A DNA stretch of 64,000 bases, taken from positions 45,198,001-45,262,000 of the forward strand of contig OZ024753.1 of the NCBI GenBank assembly GCA_964016885.1, in the 5' to 3' direction. The notes beneath the pieces were generated by a model. It was not told the origin of the DNA. It searched no databases and saw only the letters and a list, made by a program, of their open reading frames with translations. This document shows, piece after piece, positions 43,364 through 58,017 of this stretch. This DNA is from Eledone cirrhosa (Eukaryota). A program made the translations under genes and the position numbers. Within the stretch, counting starts at the first letter, position 1. Every line of letters begins with the position of its first letter.

Positions 43364-43487
43364 CATATATATATATTTATATATATGAAAATTGAATGAG
43401 AAGATTCCACTGTAACCTTCACTAAAAATATTCTGATAATAATGGGGTGTATAAATCAATCCACTGACTGGAAAAAGCTGGACATCA

Positions 43488-43555
43488 GCACACTTGGGAG
43501 TCAAACACACATCTCATGGTTGCCGGACAAGTGTGTTACCATTACACCACTGAAA
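43488..43555 (-). mobile_element. Decayed tRNA-like SINE head
   Basis: Minus strand: gtggtgtaatggtaacacac...gtttgactccca (A and B boxes). Confidence 0.5.
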
Positions 43556-43719
43556 CTACTTAATGTTTCACACTGAAAATATAAACACACACATGCACAC
43601 ATACCCGTTCTACTATCTTTCTTCCACTCACACACATGCATATATATACATGTATATATACATGTATATATATGTATATACACTGCCTTACCCACCCATG
43701 GCTGTCTACCCCTCCCATA

Positions 43720-44242
43720 CACATGTATACAGAAACACATATATACATACACATGTATACATACACACATATATACATACACATGTATACATAAACACAT
43801 ATATGCATACACATGTATACATAAACACATATATACATACACATGTATACATACACACATATATACATACACATGTATACATACACACATATATACATAC
43901 ACATGTATACATAAACACATATATGCATACACATGTATACATACACACATATATACATACACATGTATACATAAACACATATATGCATACACATGTATAC
44001 ATAAACACATATATACATACACATGTATACATACACACATATATACATACACATGTATACATACACACATATATACATACACATGTATACATTAACACAT
44101 ATATACATACACATGTATACATACACACATATATACATACACATGTATACATAAACACATATATACATACACATGTATACATAAACACATATATACATAC
44201 ACATGTATACATAAACACATATATACATACACATGTATACAT
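43720..44242. repeat. 30-bp minisatellite
   Basis: acatgtatacatacacacatatatacatac. Confidence 0.93.
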
Positions 44243-44950
44243 GCGTTATTTTCACATTCACACACTCATACACACATTCTACATGTGTCGTTCTCACATA
44301 CATACACACATACATACACATACACACATATACACACACACATATGAAATACAACACACTTTCATTCATAAACACACACATATGCAGGAGTTAATGAGGA
44401 AAATACTACACGGACGTTAATTCTGCTAGAAATAGCAGCCAAATCTATCTCAAATGTTATCAGTAGATATTTTGTGTTTTCAAATTGGTACAGCATAGAC
44501 TTGTGAGTCACAAGGGGTGACACAAAAACTCTAGGGTCAGGAAGAAGAGGTCAGTGAAGTAGAGGTGGGGGTGGGGGGGGGGGTTATGGGGGGGGTTGTG
44601 GAAGTGGTGGTGATGGTGTTGGTGGAAGTGGTGGTGATAGTGTTGGTGGTGGTGGTGATGGTGTTGGAAGTGGTAGTGGTGGTGGTGATAGTGGTGGTAG
44701 TGGTGGTGGTGGTGGTGGTAATAGTGGTGGTAGTGGTGGTGGTGGTGCTTGTGGAAGTGGTGGTGATGGTGGAGGGTTGATGGTGGTGGTGGTTGTGGAA
44801 GTGGTGGTGATGGTGTTGGTGGTGGTGATGGTGGTGATGGTGGTGGTTGTGTGTGTGTGGGTGGGGGGTGATGGTGGTGGTTGTGGCAGTGGTGGTGGTG
44901 GTTGTGGTGTTGGTGGTTGGAGTAGTGATGGTAGTAGTAGTAGTAGTAGC

Positions 44951-44996
<46 letters not shown>

Positions 44997-45079
44997 AAAT
45001 GATACATAGTTCTACAGTTGAATGTTTTTACATTAATCTACCACAAATGCCATATCAATATACACCAAGTACTCCACTG

Positions 45080-45162
<83 letters not shown>

Positions 45163-45163
45163 C

Positions 45164-45201
<38 letters not shown>

Positions 45202-45202
45202 G

Positions 45203-45284
<82 letters not shown>

Positions 45285-45327
45285 TATATATATATAAATA
45301 TATATAAATATAAATATATATATAAAT

Positions 45328-45398
<71 letters not shown>

Positions 45399-45568
45399 CA
45401 CTCATGTATGTATATATATGCATGAGACAGGAAGTGCAAGTTAGATACAGGCATATCACTCACAATTTGCAAACAAGCATACTGCAAGTGTGTATATATT
45501 TGGATAGCTAAATAAATATATGTATCGGTTTCTTTCGATTAAGAAGTGCGTATAATGAGGGAAACGTG

Positions 45569-45604
<36 letters not shown>

Positions 45605-45768
45605 GTATAAAGTGTGTTGTGTTGAGATCAGGGAGACCACAAACAGGAAAGTACTCTATGCTTGGGAAGAAGCAGAGTAGATATAAAGGAAGGTTAAAAA
45701 CCTGACCGTGACGCCAAACAGTTTTGGAACACAAGCTAAATCTCCTTGGCGTTATGGTCGAATTTTAC

Positions 45769-45807
<39 letters not shown>

Positions 45808-45808
<1 letters not shown>

Positions 45809-46068
45809 GTGGCTAATAAAGAAACATATCTGACAGGAACACCTACAAAACGTGTTCCTGGTGTTGAGGGTTGTTCTATCCACGGGGTGTAAAACAACCC
45901 TGCAGTGACGTCGCCCCCCCCCCCCCCCCCTATTGGGGATTTCAATTGTTATTTTATTATATATAGTTTGTTGTTATTTATTAATGTTAAAGTTATTTTT
46001 ATGTAAAGCCCCCGCCGTCACGTCTTGTAATGTCCCATTTTTGTATGCCCCTGTGGCAAATAAAGAAA
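45808..46068 (+). mobile_element. Tx1/L1-type 3' UTR fragment(s) in (TATC)n
   Basis: Ends ccctgtggcaaataaagaaa; a second mini-tail tgtggctaataaagaaa at ~45808-45824; related to 12712-12860. Confidence 0.6.
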
Positions 46069-46177
46069 GATATCTATCTATATATATCTATCTATATATA
46101 TGTGTGTGTGAGTGAGTGTGTGTGTATATATATATGTTATATATATATATATATATATGGAGAGAGAGAAAGAGAGT

Positions 46178-46237
<60 letters not shown>

Positions 46238-46335
46238 AATATGAGCAGAATATTACTCTCTTCATTGTTTTTGAATTAAGGGTTGTGTATTTTTGTATCA
46301 TTTTCATTACATATGGATGTGTATGTATGTATGTG

Positions 46336-46418
<83 letters not shown>

Positions 46419-46763
46419 ATGTATATGTAAATATATGTCTGTTTATATGTATATATAAATATATAAGTATGTATATATATGTATGTCTAAGATCTTTAAA
46501 CCTGACCTTTTAAGTTTCTCTTCATGTAATATCAAATGTTATTATTAAGATTTAAAACAATACAACTCTTATCTTCCTCTCTTTAACAGCTCTAGCACCA
46601 TATGAAATAAAGATGGCAAACTTACTCTACAGCTTCCCTTCACACCATTTATATCTGTCACTAGACTCTTAAATCATCGTATCCATTCTATATACACACC
46701 CTTTTATACACATACACAGTATATATATATGTGTGTGTGTGTTTGTATGTATATACATGTATG

Positions 46764-46830
46764 TACGAAGGTTGGCTGAAAAGTTCATAGGCTGACTATA
46801 GAGGAGTGGTGCTAGAGCTGTGAAATCTTA
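46764..46830 (+). mobile_element. Mariner-like TIR fragment
   Basis: TA-cgaaggttggctgaaaagttcataggctgac resembles mariner termini; partner TIR not seen. Confidence 0.4.
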
Positions 46831-46890
46831 CAGTCCTATAAAGTCGTTTCTATAACAAAATGTATATGTGTGTGTGTGTATATATATATA

Positions 46891-47050
46891 TAATGAAGGA
46901 GGTGTGGTAAGGAACCAGGTGAACCATAACGCACCAGAGTACTCTATACTTAGGGTAGTAGGGTGGGTAATAGGAAAAGAGTCAGGACCCCGACGGCTGA
47001 GCTCCGGCCATTTCGACAGCTTTCTCTGTTCAGAGATAGTTGTCGAAACA
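46891..47050 (-). mobile_element. Penelope-like terminus, family A (3' half of HHR)
   Basis: Minus strand: gctgtc-gaaa-tggc cggagctca gccg-tc-ggggtcc...tattacccacc...ggttccttaccacac, then (TA)n. Confidence 0.7.
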
Positions 47051-47529
47051 TATATATGTGTTATATATATATATGCCATAAGACATATATATATGTTATA
47101 TATATATATGCCATAAGTCCATCAACTGCCTTCATCTGAATGTAAAATCAAATCTATATTGTATATTTTGGGGTTGATATGATCAACTAAGTCCTTTGAA
47201 GGTGTTACTCCAACATGGCCACAATTATAGGGTGACACATCAGTAAAACAATAAAAGAAATAAAACAATTGTTATCAATGTTGAAGGTCCACTCCCCAGG
47301 CTCAACTACAATAATTCTCTTAGAATTGCTCCAGAAACTCTCTTTGTTTGACCAATTCTTGGAGTCCTTCCAGATTTTTCTGTATGGCCTTTTTTTAAAT
47401 ATTTGGATGGCTTCCAAATATAATATTAAGGTCATTTTCAGGCCCATCGTCAGGCTTTTGTTCTCGGGGATGGAGGCTTCTGAATATTTTGGGTGATCAC
47501 TCTTCCACAAGGAATGTATATCAGGTCAT

Positions 47530-47850
47530 TCTGTAAAGACATGGTTCAGTCTGTATAGCCATGGTTCAGTCTGTAAAGACACATCTAGCCCCTGGCTCAG
47601 TCTGTAAAGACATGTCTAGCCTCTGGTTTAGTCTGTAAAGACATGGTTCAGTCTGTAAAGACACATCTAGCCCCTGGCTCAGTCTGTAAAGACACATCTA
47701 GCCCCTAGCTCAGTCTGTAAAGACATGTCTAACCCCTGGCTCAGTCTATAAAGACCTGGCTCAGTCTGTAAAGACACATCTAGCCCCTAGCTCAGTCTGT
47801 AAAGACATGTCTAGCCTCTGGTTTAATCTGTAAAGACATGGTTCAGTCTA
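47530..47850. repeat. ~31-bp degenerate tandem repeat
   Basis: cagtctgtaaagacacatctagcccctggct. Confidence 0.88.
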
Positions 47851-48427
47851 TAAATACATACCTACTAGCAGGGAAAGCAGATGTTAAATGATGATAATGA
47901 TATTGATGCCGGTGATGATGGTGATGGTGATGGTGGTGGTGATGATGGTGATGGTGATGGTGATGGTGGTGATGGTGGCGGTGATGTTGGTGGCGGTGAT
48001 GAAAAGATCTTTCAATGTTCTCCTTGCCCTAAGAATAAAACTCCTCGCTAAATTTCTAAAAAAAACCCAGCCCATAAGATCACTGGCAGCCCCATATCAT
48101 TATACAGGGCCTTATTTCGGAGTGGAATTTCCCAGTGTTCCCTACACTTTAAACATGTAATATAAGTAGGGATTTGATGTGTAATATATAGAAATATATC
48201 AGCTGAGTATGAAGAGTTCTTATCACTTGGAAATATCTGGGGAGTAGGTTTGTTGTAATATAAGACATTGGTAATAAAATACATCCCAAAACATTAATTT
48301 AGCTTGAAATATAAATTGTAAGGAAAAAGGGGAGTTAAGGAAGGAAGGAAGGAAGGAAGGAAGGAAGGAATATACTCAGGTTTGGCTGCTAATATCGCTG
48401 TTATTACTATATTGATGTTGTCAGAAT

Positions 48428-48576
48428 AATTGTTTCTACGTTTGGCACAAAGCCAGCAATTACCTCAATGTATTACTGGTACTTTATTTTATTGACCCTG
48501 TAAGGATGAAAGGCAAACTTAACCTCAGCAGGATTTGAACTCAGAATGTAAAGGGCCTGAGTTCAAATCCCGCCAA
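48428..48576 (-). mobile_element. S1 SINE with terminal micro-inversion
   Basis: ggatttgaactcag...ctgagttcaaatcc inverted pair at its 5' end. Confidence 0.8.
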
Positions 48577-48589
48577 TATATATATATAT

Positions 48590-48638
<49 letters not shown>

Positions 48639-48922
48639 CATACATATATATATATATAACACAAGGACGATTTGTTAAGCCTTCATTATGTTACGTTTAT
48701 TGATTGGTGACGTGCGTTTCGCTTTTGATCATCTCAAGGTTTGATCTGTATCAATCTGGCCAGACTCTGGAATTAAAAGCTGGTCAGACCCCTGCTGTAG
48801 TAATTACACTCTGTTTAGCTCTACACCTCACCACTGACGTGAACCTAAACATTGAGTACTCACCTGGGTGAACCTACAGTAACTTCACATTACACTCCCT
48901 CCATATATATACATATATATAT

Positions 48923-49219
48923 ATCATCATCATCATCATCATCAACGTTTAACGTCCGTGTTCCACGCTTGCATGGGTTTGGACGGGGGTAGTCCCACTT
49001 GAGGCAAGAGTGAGTGTCTTGCTCGCATAGGACTGTCTGGCAGGTTTTCTACAGTTGGATGCCCTTCCTAACACCAACCACATTTACAGTGTGGGTCTGG
49101 GAGGTTTTTACCGTGTTGCCTACACGGCCACATTACAGCGTGGACTGTGTGTTTTTTTGTCGTGACACCTACACGATCTCATTTGTTTCGGCCTCGATGG
49201 CGCGGCACCAACATAACTT

Positions 49220-49222
<3 letters not shown>
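48923..49222 (-). mobile_element. RTE 3' tail, young copy
   Basis: Almost identical to 40520-40820. Confidence 0.85.
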
Positions 49223-49271
<49 letters not shown>

Positions 49272-49277
<6 letters not shown>

Positions 49278-49410
49278 AACGAGTAGGACCCCGACGGCTG
49301 AGCCTAAGCCGTTTCGATGGCTAATTCTGGACTAAAGTCCACTCTACTACCCTAAGTATTGAGTACTTTGGTGTGTTCTGGTCCATCTGGTTCCTTACCA
49401 CATTACCTTC

Positions 49411-49414
<4 letters not shown>
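49272..49414. mobile_element. Penelope-like terminus, family A, with inversion
   Basis: (TA)n-ggaacgagtaggaccccgacggctgagcctaagccgtttcg... then ccactctactaccctaagtattgagtac...(TA)n. Confidence 0.75.
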
Positions 49415-49456
<42 letters not shown>

Positions 49457-49692
49457 CATACATACATAAGTGTACATTAAGATATATCAAAGCTTAAGAC
49501 TAGAGACAATGCTATGATATATCTAAATGCAGACTTATCTGTGTATGAATATATTTCATTCACTTTCTTATAATGATTAAGGCTCGATTTTATTCTCTGA
49601 ATTCTATCTTGAGCTGTTTTTAGAGACAAGACATGTTTGATGTTGTATCATTCATGACACCCTTTACTTTGAATGTAATAATAATAATAATA

Positions 49693-49880
49693 ATTGTTTC
49701 TACCTTTTGGCACAAGGCCAGCAATTACCCAGTGCATTACTGGTACTTTATTTTATCGACCCCGTAAGGATGAAAGGCAAAGTCAACCTCGGCGGGATTT
49801 GAACTCAGACCGTAAAGGGACGTAACTATGCTGGAAAGCATGGCGTCCGACGCTCTACCGATACTGCCAATCCACCGCCC
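49693..49880 (-). mobile_element. S1 SINE (full length)
   Basis: Similarity to 6068-6246; flanked by (TAA)n. Confidence 0.88.
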
Positions 49881-49914
49881 TAATAATAATAATAATAATA
49901 ATAATATATATATA

Positions 49915-50036
<122 letters not shown>

Positions 50037-50122
50037 GAGAGATAGATAGAGAAATAGATATGGTGGTGGTGGAGTTGGTGCTAGTGACAATGTGAAGACA
50101 TACATGGAGACACACACACACA

Positions 50123-50179
<57 letters not shown>

Positions 50180-50499
50180 TAGGGTGTTGGTAATAATGGT
50201 TAGTAGTGGTGGCAGTTACAATGATGATAGCAATGGTGATGATGATGATGATGGTAGTGGCAATGGTGACGATGATGATGATGATGGCAATCTTTTATTG
50301 TTGTTCTCTTTGATTTGATTAATTAACCCTCTCCCTCCCCCTACCACCCACCTAAATCTATATTCCATGAACAACATGTCATGTGATTACCTATATTCAC
50401 CATCACATATAACCTCCCTTTCTCTCTGTCATATATATAGTAAGGTAGCACAGTGAATTACTGGTATTGGTACCGAATCAAGCACTCTTCACACAGGCA

Positions 50500-50655
50500 G
50501 AGTGTATATAGTAGAGTGTATATAACAGAGTGTATATAACAGAGTGTATATAACAGAGTGTATATAACAGAGTGTATATAACAGAGTGTATATAACAGAG
50601 TGTATATAACAGAGTGTATATAGCAGAGTGTATATAACAGAGTGTATATAACAGA
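50500..50655. repeat. 14-bp tandem repeat (agagtgtatataac), ~11 copies
   Basis: Direct read. Confidence 0.93.
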
Positions 50656-50785
50656 AGAAAATGAGGAGGTTTTGTTTACATATGAAAAATATTTATTGTG
50701 TTGACCTGTTACACACGTGTTTCACAGAGGATTGGCTCAAGGTAACCTATAGGAGTTATGGACTCGGGTCATATATATACATATA

Positions 50786-50820
<35 letters not shown>

Positions 50821-50860
50821 CAGTGTATATATATATACAGACATACACATATATATATAT

Positions 50861-51050
50861 AATTGTTTCTACTTTTGGCACAAGGCCAGCAATTACCCAG
50901 TGTATTACTGGTACTTTATTTTATCTACCCCCGTAAGGATGAGAGGCAAAGTTAACCTCGCCGGGATTTGAACTCAGATCGTAAAGGGCCGTAACTCTTT
51001 GCTACAAAGCATGGCGTCCGACCCTCTAACAATACTGCCAATTCCCCGCC
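50861..51050 (-). mobile_element. S1 SINE
   Basis: Similarity to 6068-6246. Confidence 0.85.
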
Positions 51051-51493
51051 TTTTTATACCTATATATAATATATGTATGTATGTATATACACACACATAT
51101 ATATATATATATATATGTGTGTGTGCGTGTGTGTGTGTCTGTGTGTTTGTGTCTGTGTGTGTCTGTGTGTGTGTATGTATGTAAATGTTGTGGATGTTAT
51201 ATATTGTAAATAAGAAATATTCTCTGATGTTGGAGACTCAACACTGGAAGTAGAATCACATTTATATCAACACAGAAGGACTTAGATAGAAATGGTAAAA
51301 CCTGGGGTCCCAGTCTAAGACATACACACATACACATATACACACATACACACATACACATATACATACACATACATATATACATACTCATACACAAAGA
51401 CACCGACACACACACTAATACAAAAAGACACCGGCACACGCACACAAATACACAAACACGCACACAAATACACACACACACACACATTTAGAT

Positions 51494-51541
<48 letters not shown>

Positions 51542-51704
51542 ATAGATAGAGAGATAGAGAGATAGATAGATAGTAGATAGAGAGATAGAGATATAGATAG
51601 ATAGTAGATAGATAATAGATAGATAGATAGTAGATAGATAGATAGAGAGATAGTAGATAGATAGATAGAGAGATAGTAGATAGATAGATAGTAGAGAGAT
51701 AGAG

Positions 51705-51736
<32 letters not shown>

Positions 51737-52230
51737 GGTAGAGAGATAGAGAGATAGAGAGATAGAGAGATAGATAGAGAGATAGAGAGATAGATAGATA
51801 GATGATAGATAGCGAGAGAGAGAGACATACAGACAGACGGATAATGTTTAAAATGACAATGATAAAGTAAAATTTAGAGAACAAAGAAATATAAAGAAAG
51901 ATTTCATTTTAAAATGGTAGAAAAATAACTTACACATCTTTCCTCAAATGAAGGAGCCGAAGAAAAAGAAGACAAAAAAGATGATGATGATGATGAGGCA
52001 GGGGTGGTGGAGGAGAGGGGACCTTAGAAGAAGTGGTAGAAGGAGATAAAGAAAGATGATGATGCTAAGGAAGTTGAGACTGGTAGAAAATATATAAGAA
52101 AAATAAATAAAACTAAAATATAAAACTAGTCATGAAATAGAAAGAATCCTGCAGACTTAAGTGAAGTAATGGTGCTACCGGTGCTGGCTAAATGGTAAAT
52201 AGTCTCATCCAATGATAGCCAGATATATAT

Positions 52231-52434
52231 ATAGGAACAAGTATGACCCCGACGGCAGAGCTCAAGCCGTTTCGACGGCTAATTCTGGACTAAATAAGAA
52301 TTTTTAGCCTGGTAAAAAAAGAATTAGCTCTGCCGTCGGGGTCATACTTGTTCCTATTACCCACTCTACTACCCTAAGTATTGAGTACTTTGGTGCGTTA
52401 TGGTCCATCTGGTTCCTTACCACACTTCCTTCGT
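52231..52434. mobile_element. Penelope-like terminus, family A, with inversion
   Basis: ataggaacaagtatgaccccgacggcagagct is inverted against agctctgccgtcggggtcatacttgttcctat; GTATTGAGTAC at 52378-52388. Confidence 0.75.
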
Positions 52435-52439
52435 ATATA

Positions 52440-52494
<55 letters not shown>

Positions 52495-53292
52495 ATATAT
52501 ATATATAACAGAAACAAACAAACAAAAGCAAACATGTAAAGGAACCAGCTGGTTTGTCTTGGGATGGTACATTTTGAACATGTAACCCCTCCTCCATATA
52601 GACAAGCACACACATACATATAGACAGACACACACACATACATATAGACAGACACACACACATACATATAGACAGGCACACACACATACATATAAACAGG
52701 CACACACATACATATAGACAGGCACACAGATACATATAGACAGACACACACACATACATATAGACAGGCACACACATACATATAGACAGACACACACATA
52801 CATATAGACAGGCACACACATACATATAGACAGACACACACATACATATAGACAGACACACACATACATATAGACAGACACACACACATACATATAGACA
52901 GGCACACACATACATATAGACAGGCACACACATACATATAGACAGACACACACACATACATATAGACAGACACACACACATACATATAGACAGGCACACA
53001 GATACATATAGACACACATACACATACATATACACACACAGGCACACAGATACATACATATACACACAAGCAGACTGAGACACACACACAGATGTAGTTG
53101 TGTTACCAACGCACAGCCCCCCCCCCCCCCCCGCCACACACCCAGCTATTCATTGACAGCTGAGAGACTTACACAAAGTCAGTCAGACAGACAGACAGAC
53201 AGATTAAGAGACTGACAGTCAGGCAAGCAGATCAACTGACAGATAGACAGACAGACAGACAGAGAATCAGACAGACAGACAGTCAGACATTC

Positions 53293-53331
<39 letters not shown>

Positions 53332-53336
53332 GAATC

Positions 53337-53405
<69 letters not shown>

Positions 53406-53843
53406 GTATAGCTCACGTTAGGGCTAAACCACAACATACAGATCCTCTGACATCCAGAAACTTCCAACTTATTTTGTTTGTAAATAGTCGAAAGATCAAA
53501 CGTCCTGTCTTGTGTCTGTTACTGTCCCATGTGAACTGGACCTATGGGTATCGACCTTAAATATACTGAAACCATGATGACCTCCACTGGTCAACTGATA
53601 AGAGGGGACTGTCCTCTGTTTTGTCCATCTTTTCCATTGTTTTTGAGCACCTTTTTTGTATTTATTTTGTATGATGTTCGCCACATGGGAGACTTTTTCC
53701 AAATTAGGTTGTGTCAGTTACAATAACATCAGTGATAAATAAACATGTAATACATATACATGGCACAGGAAAACATGGAAAGGCTGGCCACATGGATACT
53801 TCCTGGTCAGTGTCAGCCAGATATATATATATATATATATATC

Positions 53844-53905
<62 letters not shown>

Positions 53906-53985
53906 TTGTGTCTGTGTAAGTATGTCATCATCATTTTACATCCGCTTTTCCCTGCTTGCAAGGATGGGGCAGGTCCAATTGTATC

Positions 53986-54016
<31 letters not shown>

Positions 54017-54034
54017 AGATAGATGTATAGATAG

Positions 54035-54079
<45 letters not shown>

Positions 54080-54519
54080 GAGTTAGTGAGATATAAGACA
54101 ACCCAAGTGTGTTACATAATACAGTATTTTCCATATCATATCTCAGATATAATCACTACCCCCCCCCCATATCTCAGATATAATCACTACCCCCCCATAT
54201 CTCAGATGTAATCACTACCTCCCCATATCTCAGATGTAATCACTACCCCCCCCCCCCCCATATCTCAGATGTAATCACTACCCCCTCCCCCCTACTCTAA
54301 TTATCCCAGTTTTAGGGAACCAGACAGAAACTTGTCTGAATATTTAAATAACAATGGAACCAGCTGGTTCCAACCTTACTCTAGCTTGGAAGAAAATGGT
54401 CCTCCTGGGCCTCATTTTCATAGAAGACCTCTGATATAATGGCACATAGAGGGCGTTAGTGGTGTCTTCATGTTAATTTATACATTACATATTGTACACT
54501 GTGTTAATAGTCCTGTTGA

Positions 54520-54550
<31 letters not shown>

Positions 54551-57500
54551 GGTGTTGTTGGTGGTGGTGGTGGTGGTGGTGGTGGTGGTGTAATGGTGGA
54601 GGTGGTGTTCTGGTTGTTGTTGTAGATGATGATAGTGGTGGTGGTGGAGTTGTTGTAGATGATGATGGTGGTGGAGTTGTTGTAGATGATGATGGTGGTG
54701 GAGTTGTTGTAGATGATGATGGTGATGGTGTTGTTGTAATGTTGGTGGTGTTGCAGTGGTGGTGGTGGTGTTGTAGTGGTGGTGGTGGGGTGGTGTTGAC
54801 CACACCAGACACCACATTAACACCCTCTACCCCACCAACACCCTACCCTGCCCCTACCAGTAGACACAAGACCACCCCCCACACCACCCACCCCCACCCC
54901 AGACAACTAGGTAAACAAGGGGAGGGGGTGTAACCAGCCAACCATAAATCTTCAGTGAGTTGGTCAGGATTGGGGGAGGTGGGGGAGGATATGGAGGGGT
55001 GGATGGGGGTAAGGTTAGATGGAGGGAGGGAGGTAGAGGGGGTGAGACAGGGGGTGAGGGGGATGAGACGGAGGGAGTGGTGGAGGGGATGAGACGGAGG
55101 GAGTGGTGGAGGGGATGAGACGGAGGGAGTGGTGGAGGGGATGAGGCGGAGGGAGTGGTGGAGGGGATGAGACGGAGGGAGTGGGTAGGGGGGGTGAAGG
55201 TGGAGATAGGGAAGTCACTCAGTTGCATCAACTCCCCCACCCACACACACACCCCACCTCACAGTCTACATTGTGACAACAAAACAACAATATATGAAAC
55301 AAAGAATCGGATGAGTGATGTGGTGGCCGTGGGGTGAGGGTGGTGTGGTGGCGGTGGTGGTGTAGAGGGTGGTGTAGGGTGGTGTGGGGGTGGGGGTGGA
55401 TGTAGGGAGAGAGGAGGAGGTGGATGTGGTGGAAGTGTTTGGAAAGTTTGAAATTTTCTGATTGTCTGGGGTTGGTCCCTATGAGGGGTGGTGGTGGTGG
55501 TGATGGTGGTGGTGGGGGTAGGGGGTGATGAGAGGTGATGGTGGGGGATGGTATTATTTTTTTATTGTTTAATTTGATTATTTTAAATTTATTTTTAATC
55601 TGTTTTGTTATATTTTTAATATTGTTTAAGTGGAGGTTTTACTCCCTAAAATTTGGAGTTTCCCCCCAAAACAATTGTAAAGAAATAACTATTGAATTGT
55701 TGTTTCAGTTAAAATTAGGGATCCGATCATAAAGTGAAAATATAAAATTATATAAAAATAAAATTAAAGGATCACCATAATAAAGACAAAATATAAAATG
55801 ACCAAATGTGCTGACCTAATGGACGCCCTTTATATAAGATGTCCCCTGGTTTTATAAGGACATTGTGAGACAAAATATAGTTTTTGTATATTTCTTGGTG
55901 AATTTATTAAAAGTTATTTCAAATAACAACAGCAAAATACTTATTTACTAATTGAGGCAGAAAGCAGGTTAGTCCATTCCATTAAAACCCCAGTATATGA
56001 CTGGTACTTTATTTTATCTATACCAGGAGCATGAAAGGTAAAAATATATTAAATAGACCTTACCTCTGTCTTCTTACTTTTATGTTTAGTACCATTACTA
56101 GCACTGGTATATACCAACACTAACAACACTACAACTGCCACAGTCACTAACAACACCACCACCACCAACACCACCACGACCATCACATCCACCACCACCA
56201 ACACCACCACGACCATCACATCCACCACCACCAACACCACCACCACCATCACATCCACCACCACCAACACCACCACCACCATCACATCCACCACCACCAA
56301 CACCACCACCACCATCACATCCACCACCACCAACACCACCACCACCACCATCACATCCACCACCACCAACACCACCACCACCATCACATCCACCACCACC
56401 AACACCACCACCACCACCAACACCACCACGACCATCACCGCCACCACCATTACCATCAACACCACTACTACCATCACCACTACCATCACTAACAATAACA
56501 ACTGCCATGACAACAAACACAACAATGGGAACAACCACAACCACAACAGCAACAACAACAATGACAACAACAAACTAAACTCCACTGGTTTCAATTGCCT
56601 GGGAAATATGAAGTGTGACAATTTGGTATTGACTCATAGTGATGGTTGTGGTGGGGGTGGGGTTGGGGTGGGGGTGACAGGGGGGTGACAGGGGGTGTGA
56701 CAGTGGGGGGGGCAGTTTGGTTACAGTGGGGGATGACAATGGTGGGGGATAACAGTAGTGGTGGTGGGGGTGACAGTGGTGGTGGTGGGGGTGACAGTAG
56801 TGGTGGTGGGGGTGACAGTAGTGGTGGTGGTTGTGGTAGTAGTAGTGGTGGTAGTGAAGTCGGCAATGTTGTCTTCTTCTGCACCCCCACTCCCCACCAA
56901 CCACCCCACCGACTCTTACAAATCCTTCTCCCCCTCCCTCCCCCCCACCACCACTAAGTCTTTCCCAATCCCAGATAGAATCCCAGAAGATCCCATTTCT
57001 CTGGAGGGAAGGTATGGTACCTTCAGGATTATCAGAGGTAGTGGGGGTGGGGAAGAGGGGGGTGGAGTTGGAGAAAGGGGTAGAGAGTGAGACAGAGAGA
57101 AGGAGAGACAGAGAGAGAGGGAGAGAGTTAGGAAGGTGGAGAGAGAGAGAAGGAAGAGAGAAAGAGTTAGGAAGGTGGAGAGAGAGGGGGAGGAGAGAGG
57201 AGATAAGGAGAGAGACAGGGTGTGTGTATGAAAATAGAACCAATTCAAGTTTCATTTTCCAGTTATGATTGTGACATATATACATTATATAGCACACACA
57301 CACATATATATATATATACACACTATATAGCTCACACACACACATATATATATACACACTATATAACACACACACATATATATATATATTTATATATACA
57401 CATATATATACACACACACACACACATATATATATACACACTATATAACACACACACACATATATATATATATTTATATATACACATATATATACACACA

Positions 57501-57622
57501 CTATATAGCTCACACACACGCATATATATATACACACATATATATACACACTATATAGCTCACACACGCATATATATACATATATAGATATGTATGTATG
57601 TATGCACATTATATAGCACACA

Positions 57623-57704
<82 letters not shown>

Positions 57705-57737
57705 CTACCAGCCGAAATACGATTCTCGCTGAATTTA

Positions 57738-57776
<39 letters not shown>

Positions 57777-57822
57777 GCACTATCAACAAGTGTTTTTTTA
57801 GCCTTCATATCATGTTCTCCTG

Positions 57823-57889
57823 TTTTATCTGATGAAAACACAAATATTATTGTTTGATGATGTTTGTTTTTGAAATGCGCATAATAAAA
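57823..57889 (+). ncRNA. Type I hammerhead ribozyme
   Basis: ttttat-CTGATGA(57829-35)-aaaca caaatattatt gttt gatgatgtttg ttttt-GAAA-tgcgca-TA-ataaaa; predicted cleavage after 57883. Confidence 0.87.
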
Positions 57890-58017
57890 TATATTGAACT
57901 CCTTTAACCATCTTTTGATCTTATATTATATATATATATATATATATATAGATAGATAGATATATATACACACTACATTCAAATACTACTCACACACACA
58001 TATATATATACATATAT

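Noticed and set aside
46590-46672. Strong plus-strand acceptor ctctctttaacag followed by a short frame
   Set aside because: No donor and no recognisable product; insufficient support.
47205-47510. 101-aa non-repetitive minus-strand ORF
   Set aside because: No recognisable domain and no convincing splice pair; it may be a decayed LINE end.
47998-48051. EKIFQCSPCPK zinc-finger-like peptide
   Set aside because: No His pair, an early stop, and it abuts a triplet repeat; likely chance.
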